Assembly: GCA_032027005.1 (NCBI GenBank)
Contig: JAVSMW010000006.1
Location: 137,544 to 143,267 of the forward strand
Origin: Thermincola sp.
Lineage (GTDB): Bacteria; Bacillota; Thermincolia; Thermincolales; UBA2595
Direction of reading: 5' to 3'
Length of the DNA: 5,724 bases
Notes under the pieces: model-generated
The model's input: the letters and a program-made list of their open reading frames with translations, nothing else
Told to the model about the DNA's origin: nothing
Databases searched by the model: none
Shown here: piece by piece, positions 1-4,667 of the stretch
Layout of the letters: each line of letters begins with the position of its first letter
Position numbering within the stretch: the first letter of the stretch is position 1
Made by a program: the position numbers and the translations under genes

Positions 1-13
1 TTTAAGCCAAATA

Positions 14-30
14 CGGAAAGTTACTTTCCG
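14..30. terminator. Small stem-loop (CGGAAAG / TTA loop / CTTTCCG), possible accessory terminator hairpin
   Basis: Perfect 7-bp stem (14-20 with 24-30) and a 3-nt loop. On the minus strand it is followed by TATTTGG, and on the plus strand by ATTTCAAGTTT. It is short and the U-tract is weak. Confidence 0.25.
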
Positions 31-38
31 ATTTCAAG

Positions 39-76
39 TTTAAAGGACCTGTCGATTTTTGACAAGTCCTTTAATT
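39..76. terminator. Putative rho-independent (possibly bidirectional) terminator downstream of the DUF1015 gene
   Basis: TTAAAGGACCTGTC (40-53) pairs with GACAAGTCCTTTAA (61-74) as a 14-bp stem with one C/A mismatch and a 7-nt loop GATTTTT. A/T runs sit at both stem bases. The plus-strand tail TTTAATTATCAT is more U-rich than the minus-strand tail. It lies 80 nt past the minus-strand stop at 156. Confidence 0.4.
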
Positions 77-155
77 ATCATCTAACCTTCATTATGTTTC
101 TCTGTGCCTCAGTGCACTCTGTGGTTTGTTTATATTTAGCTTTTTCATCTTGAAT

Positions 156-1451
156 TTACTTTTTGTAATTGTTTAGCACCATACCGGTAATCACTTTCGG
201 GTAAAAGAAAGTTGATTTTTGGGGCATTTTTTCGCCACCAGTGGCGATGTCAGTGACTTCTTCCACCCTGGTGGAGTTCATAAAGAAGGCCAACTGAGCA
301 GAGCCATTGTCCACTGCTGCTTTGGTGGCATCGTCATCCCTGAGGTAAACCAGGTTACTTTCGTCAGCCCTTTGCTGGCTGCCGATACCCAGTAATTTTT
401 CTAAAATCAGGGTATGCAGAATTGAAACATCAAGGCGGCGCCAGGCGGCTGAACGGCCTTCCATGGTGACACGATCCAGTCTGTTTTCATCTTTTAGAGT
501 AATCAGATAATATTTGCTATCAGCGTATAGGCCGAAGGCGTGAGCGTTTTCTCCCTGGGCCTCCAATTTAGCAATAAACTCGTTTAAGCCTAATCCCTTA
601 ACTTCTTCCACCGTAAAATCTTCGGTTAATTTTTCAACTAGTGAATTTAAATTAAATTCTGTTAAGTTTTTGACTACCCGGTGAGTAGGGAAGACGACCA
701 AGCCTTCATTATATAGGTTGACCAGACAGATCATCAGATAATCGAAGCCGGACTTACCCTGATCGGCCATTTCCTTACCGAAATTAACCGCTGTCTCATA
801 CCGGTGATGGCCGTCTGCGATAAAAACCTTTTTGGATGCCATCTGGTCGACCACATATTGTACTGCGTTTTCATCAGAGACAACCCAAAGCCTGTTCATA
901 ACCCCTTGCTCGTCAGTAACCTCCGCGTCAGGTTTTTGGTTGCCTTTAGCTTTATTTAAAACGGTTTCAATGGAGTGATCAGGGTCTGCATAGAGCCCGA
1001 AAATTGGGCTGAAGTTGGCCAGCGTGGCTTTCATCAAATTCAAGCGGTCAGCCTTGTGCTTGGGCAAAGTTTCTTCATGGGGCAGGACTTCGCCCTTGCT
1101 GTAATCATTAGCCTGCACTCCGGCGATGAAACCGCTGCGCACTTTTGTTTCACCCCTGGCTTCAAATTCCTGCTCATATAAGTACACAGAAGGTTTTTCT
1201 TCATTGACCAGTACACCGGAAGCAATCCATTCTCCGAGAAAAGCCGCTGCCCTGGTGTAACGGTTCTTTTCTTCATTATCATCAGAAAAAGTCTTACCTA
1301 ATTCAAGACGAATAACATTGTACGGGTTTTTAGTGTAAAAGTCTTCCTGTCCCTTGGCATCTATGACATCATAAGGCGGAGTAACCACCTCATTAATATC
1401 TACCTTGGATGAATTGTACCTTAAGCCCTTCATTGGGACAATTTTTGCCAA
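156..1451 (-). CDS. DUF1015 (PF06245) family protein of unknown function
   Basis: 431-aa uninterrupted ORF. The N-terminus MAKIVPMKGLRY..VTPPYDVI, the PHEETL motif and the IADGHHRYET motif are the family hallmarks as I recognise them. TTG start at 1451-1449 lies 9 nt after a GGAGG Shine-Dalgarno (plus coordinates 1461-1465). Stop is TAA at 158-156. Confidence 0.85.
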   Translation of the reverse strand: MAKIVPMKGLRYNSSKVDINEVVTPPYDVIDAKGQEDFYTKNPYNVIRLELGKTFSDDNEEKNRYTRAAAFLGEWIASGVLVNEEKPSVYLYEQEFEARGETKVRSGFIAGVQANDYSKGEVLPHEETLPKHKADRLNLMKATLANFSPIFGLYADPDHSIETVLNKAKGNQKPDAEVTDEQGVMNRLWVVSDENAVQYVVDQMASKKVFIADGHHRYETAVNFGKEMADQGKSGFDYLMICLVNLYNEGLVVFPTHRVVKNLTEFNLNSLVEKLTEDFTVEEVKGLGLNEFIAKLEAQGENAHAFGLYADSKYYLITLKDENRLDRVTMEGRSAAWRRLDVSILHTLILEKLLGIGSQQRADESNLVYLRDDDATKAAVDNGSAQLAFFMNSTRVEEVTDIATGGEKMPQKSTFFYPKVITGMVLNNYKK

Positions 1452-1504
1452 AATGTTGAACCTCCTTTAATTTACTGGCTTTTTCGAAAGCAATATTCCC
1501 ATTT

Positions 1505-1533
1505 ATTTTAATACATTCTCTGTGAAAATTCAA
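1505..1533 (-). promoter_or_regulatory. Putative sigma-A type promoter for the DUF1015 gene
   Basis: On the minus strand, TTGAAT (-35, plus 1533-1528) is followed by exactly 17 nt and then TAAAAT (-10, plus 1510-1505). This sits about 55 nt upstream of the TTG start. Sequence match only; there is no transcript evidence. Confidence 0.4.
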
Positions 1534-1551
1534 TTTTTTGTTTCGCCATAA

Positions 1552-1632
1552 TTGAGTGGAGAGTGATGAGTGGGGAGTGGTGAGTGTTTTTCTGTTTCAC
1601 TCTCCACTCCCCACTCGCCACTCTTCACTTCG
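1552..1632. repeat. Large imperfect palindrome built from inverted heptamer arrays (5 x NNGAGTG / loop / 5 x CACTCNN)
   Basis: The left arm 1555-1586 pairs with the right arm 1598-1629. Of 32 positions, 28 are Watson-Crick, 2 are G-U in plus-strand RNA and 2 are mismatches. The loop is 11 nt (TTTTTCTGTTT, 1587-1597). The left array reads ttGAGTG gaGAGTG atGAGTG ggGAGTG gtGAGTG (1552-1586), and the right array mirrors it. Confidence 0.85.
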
Positions 1633-1803
1633 ATATGACTCCCCGGCTTGCTGATCTCCGCTTTACAGCAAGATTCGTGACGATGCCGCCCAATGGAAAC
1701 TTCCGTAAACGGTCATACCTGCTCTGATTCAATAGCAAACATAAAATTAAATTAGATTAAACAGAGATAGAATAATTTGAGAAAAAACATTTTTATAGAA
1801 GGC

Positions 1804-1840
1804 TTCAGTCGAAAAATATCGAATTCAGTTGAAAAGATAG
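1804..1840. repeat. Two copies of TTCAGTYGAAAA in direct orientation, 20 bp apart (candidate regulator-binding sites)
   Basis: TTCAGTCGAAAAATATC (1804-1820) and TTCAGTTGAAAAGATAG (1824-1840) match at 11 of their first 12 positions. The second copy contains the partial palindrome TTCAnnTGAA. The 20-bp phasing is about two helical turns. Confidence 0.5.
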
Positions 1841-1856
1841 TAGGCTCTCGGAAACA

Positions 1857-2035
1857 GTCTTAAAATATGACGCAGAGATTAAAAGGAGAGAACAGAAGAG
1901 AGACGCAGAGAGTGAGTACTGATACAGGTTAATCCCTTTTACCCCTTAATTAATTATTCTTTATTTGCAGTTGCCAGCTAATATACCTCTGCGACTCTTG
2001 TTTACTCTCTGCTACCTCTGCGTTTTCTTTTAGAC
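1857..2035. repeat. About 180-bp imperfect palindromic element (MITE/REP-like) with paired CGCAGAG / CTCTGCG boxes
   Basis: The left arm 1857-1918 starts GTCT and contains CGCAGAG at 1871-1877 and 1904-1910. The right arm 1983-2035 ends AGAC and contains CTCTGCG at 1987-1993 and 2016-2022. The arms are roughly 70% complementary by eye, with small indels. The 64-nt AT-rich centre is roughly centred on TTAATTAA (1946-1953). Confidence 0.7.
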
Positions 2036-2137
2036 AGGATGGAGTGGAGGAAAAAAGAAAAAGTCCAATGCGCCAAGCCTTGATCATAAAGGGGATTTAA
2101 TTTTCGAGAGACTATAAATAGCATCGGGAGGTAAATT

Positions 2138-3037
2138 TTGAAACTAAAAGTAGTAATTTTTTTTATAATAATATTTCTAATAATAACTGGGATAGGCTGT
2201 TCCGGTACATATGAGGGGACAACTACCGGTATCAGATATGTTTTGGCTCAGGGGAATCCGGCAGAATTACCTGTGGAAAAGCAGGTTGAGCAGGTGAGTC
2301 CTAGCCTGGTTTCGCCGGTGCATAGCCCGAGCCCAGGCGAGCCGGTGCAGGAAGATAAGAAGGCAACAGACATGCCCTCTCCGGTGAAGGAGACTAAGGA
2401 GGCAATAGATCCGGCTATTCCGGTGTCGCTGCCTTCTGAAGAAAATACAGGCCATAAAACAGTATACCTGACGTTTGATGACGGGCCGAATGACACTGAA
2501 ACCCCTAAGATTCTGGATATTCTGGATAGCTATGGGGTTAAAGGGACCTTTTTTGTGATTGGGACCAATATCGAAAAACATCCTGTGGTTTTTAAAGAAG
2601 CTTTACGCCGGGGTCACACTGTGGGGAACCATACATATGATCACAAATATAGCGAGGTTTATGCCAGTCACGATGCATTTCTGGAATCCATCAGGAAAAA
2701 CGAAGAGCTAATCTTCCAAATAGCCGGTATCAGGCCCAAAGTTGTCCGCGATCCTGGCGGCCAAGTGCGAAATGACGAAGTTGTAAAGGGTTTGCTGGCT
2801 CAGAACGGTTATACTCTGGTGGGGTGGAACATCGATTCTTACGACTCCAGAAAACCAAGTCATGACAGTGCCAGGATTGTGGAGAGTGTCCGGAGTCAGG
2901 CCGCCAATGCACGGCTTTGGTCAAATATGATTATCCTGATGCATGACGGCACCGGTCATATGGAAACTGTCAGAGCACTTCCCGCCATTATTGAGCTGCT
3001 GCAGAGCCAGGGGTTTAAATTTTCGGTTCTTAAATGA
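2138..3037 (+). CDS. Polysaccharide/peptidoglycan deacetylase (NodB homology domain, CE4 family), probable lipoprotein
   Basis: 299-aa ORF. TTG start at 2138 lies 6 nt after GGGAGG (2126-2131). The N-terminal signal MKLKVVIFFIIIFLIITGIGC has a lipobox-like GIGC (Cys21). A Pro/Ser/Glu-rich linker of about 80 aa follows. NodB motifs are present: TFDDGP, NHTYDH, RDPGG, WNIDSYD and ILMHD. Stop is TGA at 3035-3037. Confidence 0.88.
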   Translation: MKLKVVIFFIIIFLIITGIGCSGTYEGTTTGIRYVLAQGNPAELPVEKQVEQVSPSLVSPVHSPSPGEPVQEDKKATDMPSPVKETKEAIDPAIPVSLPSEENTGHKTVYLTFDDGPNDTETPKILDILDSYGVKGTFFVIGTNIEKHPVVFKEALRRGHTVGNHTYDHKYSEVYASHDAFLESIRKNEELIFQIAGIRPKVVRDPGGQVRNDEVVKGLLAQNGYTLVGWNIDSYDSRKPSHDSARIVESVRSQAANARLWSNMIILMHDGTGHMETVRALPAIIELLQSQGFKFSVLK

Positions 3038-3041
3038 TTTT

Positions 3042-3077
3042 AAAAAAGGTATTAAAAAAGGTATTAAAAAAGGTATT
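3042..3077. repeat. Perfect tandem repeat, 3 x AAAAAAGGTATT (12-nt unit)
   Basis: Units at 3042-3053, 3054-3065 and 3066-3077 are identical. The array starts 5 nt after the deacetylase stop codon. Confidence 0.95.
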
Positions 3078-3095
3078 TTAATAGTAGTGTGAACG

Positions 3096-3132
3096 AAACA
3101 GCGCCTTGGGAGTATTCCTACAGGCGCTGTTT
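3096..3132. terminator. Bidirectional rho-independent terminator between convergent genes
   Basis: AAACAGCGCCT (3096-3106) and AGGCGCTGTTT (3122-3132) form a perfect 11-bp GC-cored stem with a 15-nt loop. An A-run sits 5' and a T-run 3', so both strands read as a stem plus U-tract. It lies between the + gene stop (3037) and the - gene stop (3160). Confidence 0.75.
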
Positions 3133-3159
3133 CATCAATTTATTAACTTCATGTCCTGA

Positions 3160-3657
3160 TTAGAGCTGCTTCCGTCTTGTTTGCGCTGCCCCATCCAGAA
3201 CTGCCTCAATTACTTTAACATACCCAGTGCACCGGCAAACGTGCCCGGTAAGTCTTTCACGCACATCCTCTGCGCTAGGAGCAGGGTTATTATCTAACAG
3301 ATGCTTAGCTCCAACTAACATTCCCGGAGTACAAAAGCCACACTGAACAGCGTCTTTTTCGATAAAAGATTTCTGTAAAGGATGTAATTCACCTTTTTCA
3401 TTTAGTCCCTCAACATTTAAAACCTCCGAACCGTTACAGTCAACTGCTAAAGTAATGCAGGCCAAAGCAGGACTACCGTTGATTATTACTGTACAGGCTC
3501 CGCAGGAGCTGTCATCACAGCCTTCCTTTGAGCCGGTGAGGTTTAGGTCCTCACGCAGGACCTGGAGCAGGGTAGTGTTATTGGCAACTCTGACCTCCCA
3601 AGCTTCCCCATTTACCGTTAATTTTATATCGTCGTTTTTTACGCATGACCACAACAA
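3160..3657 (-). CDS. [2Fe-2S]-binding small subunit of a xanthine dehydrogenase / CO dehydrogenase / 4-hydroxybenzoyl-CoA reductase family molybdoenzyme
   Basis: 165-aa ORF with both canonical cluster motifs. The first is C47-x4-C52-x2-C55-x11-C67 (plant-ferredoxin type). The second is C106-x2-C109...C141-x-C143 (QCGFCTPG ... CRCTGY). The only in-frame starts are TTG at 3657 or 3654, so the start is uncertain (see findings). It overlaps the upstream gene by 19 nt. Confidence 0.9.
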   Translation of the reverse strand: MLWSCVKNDDIKLTVNGEAWEVRVANNTTLLQVLREDLNLTGSKEGCDDSSCGACTVIINGSPALACITLAVDCNGSEVLNVEGLNEKGELHPLQKSFIEKDAVQCGFCTPGMLVGAKHLLDNNPAPSAEDVRERLTGHVCRCTGYVKVIEAVLDGAAQTRRKQL

Positions 3658-4667
3658 CCTCCCTTAATTCCCAGAGCTTTTTCCCAAGCCACTGCAAGCG
3701 CAGCGGGCACCATTTTTTTAATCATCGCTCTCCGGTATCCTGCAGTAAAGGTTTTGTTCTTCACTATAACTGCCAGTTTGTTAGCTTCATCGACAATGGG
3801 CTCAAGCAAGGCATCACTTAATTGTTCTGCTCCTGCCAGGTTCTCGGCCCCCTTGACCAAGAAGGGCGAGGAACCGGCAGCGGTGAGGGCTAGGCTCGCC
3901 TTTTGACAAACTTTATTCTCAGATAAAGTTATACTCGCAGCTACACCCAGACTGGGAAAGTCAGTTGATATGCGCTCAGCAAGTTTAATATAGGCTCCAC
4001 TGGAGTTGGCGGCTTCTTTGCTAATAGAAATTCCTGTTAAAACTTCCCCCTCTTTGAGAGCAATGGGGGCCAGCCCATCGCCGCTGTAGAGACTGGCAAG
4101 TTCCTCCCAGCGCTCTCCGGCGGCAGAGCCGATCCGGACCCGTGCTCCCAAGGCCAATAGGGCCGGGGCCGTATCGCCGGAATAAACTGCATAACATTTC
4201 TGACCAGGCACCGCATGGCAGGTTTTACCTCCCGCCTTTAAACAAGGGGATAATGATTCCCTTAAAAATTCAGACTGATTAAAATACATGCAGCGTGTTT
4301 CCAGGCAAAGGTTGCCACCAATGGTTCCCATCGCCCGGTGTCGATATGCACCTACCTTTGCAGCTGCTTCAACTAGTAGCGGATAGTTCTCGCCAACTTC
4401 AGGCAAAGAAATCAGTTCACTTAATTTAACAGCAGAACCAATATAGATGCCATCATCTGTAGATGAGATGGTGTTCAATTCCTTAACTTTTTTAAGATTT
4501 ATCAAAGCTTTAGGTTCACAGGTGCGTTGTTTTAATCTGACCAACAGGTCTGTGCCTCCTGCTATAATCCTGGCCCGGCTGCCCAATTTAGCCGTCACGG
4601 AGTACAATTCAGTTAGGTCTTGCGGTTCTAAATATTGATTAAAATTGTAAACGTTCACGACTACCAT
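3639..4667 (-). CDS. FAD-binding medium subunit (CoxM/XdhB/HcrB family) with a Cys-rich insertion resembling the HcrB [4Fe-4S] loop
   Basis: 342-aa ORF. FAD motifs are IIAGGTDLL (residues 34-42) and TIGGNL (115-120). The insertion CLETRCMYFNQSEFLRESLSPCLKAGGKTCHAVPGQKC covers residues 121-158. The ATG at 4667 overlaps the Mo-subunit stop by 7 nt. An alternative GTG at 4658 has better spacing from AAGGA. Confidence 0.88.
   Translation of the reverse strand: MVVVNVYNFNQYLEPQDLTELYSVTAKLGSRARIIAGGTDLLVRLKQRTCEPKALINLKKVKELNTISSTDDGIYIGSAVKLSELISLPEVGENYPLLVEAAAKVGAYRHRAMGTIGGNLCLETRCMYFNQSEFLRESLSPCLKAGGKTCHAVPGQKCYAVYSGDTAPALLALGARVRIGSAAGERWEELASLYSGDGLAPIALKEGEVLTGISISKEAANSSGAYIKLAERISTDFPSLGVAASITLSENKVCQKASLALTAAGSSPFLVKGAENLAGAEQLSDALLEPIVDEANKLAVIVKNKTFTAGYRRAMIKKMVPAALAVAWEKALGIKGGCCGHA

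Noticed and set aside
975-1282. ORFs 975-1181 (+) and 1040-1282 (-) inside the DUF1015 gene
   Set aside because: Both lie entirely within the well-supported 431-aa CDS, either antisense or out of frame. Their composition is low-complexity or Cys/Arg-skewed, with no Shine-Dalgarno site and no recognisable motif. They are typical shadow ORFs.
1552-1632. Interpreting the 32-bp hairpin as an intrinsic terminator or as a TRAP-like (GAG-repeat) RNA-binding site
   Set aside because: No U-tract follows the stem on either strand, and no gene ends next to it. TRAP sites need GAG/UAG triplets with 2-3-nt spacers in single-stranded RNA. Here the period is 7 nt and the array is locked in a stem.
1552-2035. 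CRISPR array or invertible promoter (inverton) interpretation of the intergenic repeats
   Set aside because: There are no regularly spaced identical direct repeats with unique spacers and no cas genes. For an inverton, the inverted repeats are imperfect, the enclosed segment of the second palindrome is only about 64 bp, and no recombinase gene is in the window.
1635-2080. Small ORFs in the intergenic region (MTPRLADLRF... 30 aa from 1635; MEWRKKEKVQCAKP from 2039)
   Set aside because: They have no properly spaced Shine-Dalgarno sequences, are very short, and have no recognisable peptide family.
2036-2137. Riboswitch or leader (for example c-di-AMP or c-di-GMP class) upstream of the deacetylase
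   Set aside because: I could not recognise any conserved riboswitch core sequences by eye. This needs an Infernal/Rfam scan, so no call is made. I also could not place a convincing -35/-10 pair for this gene: TATAAA at 2113-2118 lacks a matching -35.
2248-2924. Antisense ORFs 2248-2496, 2267-2581 and 2730-2924 (-) within the deacetylase gene
   Set aside because: They sit opposite a CDS with complete NodB motifs. Their translations are Arg/His/Cys-rich nonsense-like sequence without ribosome-binding sites.
4661-4667. 7-nt overlap of Mo-subunit stop and FAD-subunit ATG (GGATGGTAG) as a possible frameshift or fusion signal
   Set aside because: Short overlaps are standard translational coupling in such operons. 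A GTG start at 4658 with better Shine-Dalgarno spacing removes the overlap entirely. Nothing suggests a fusion.
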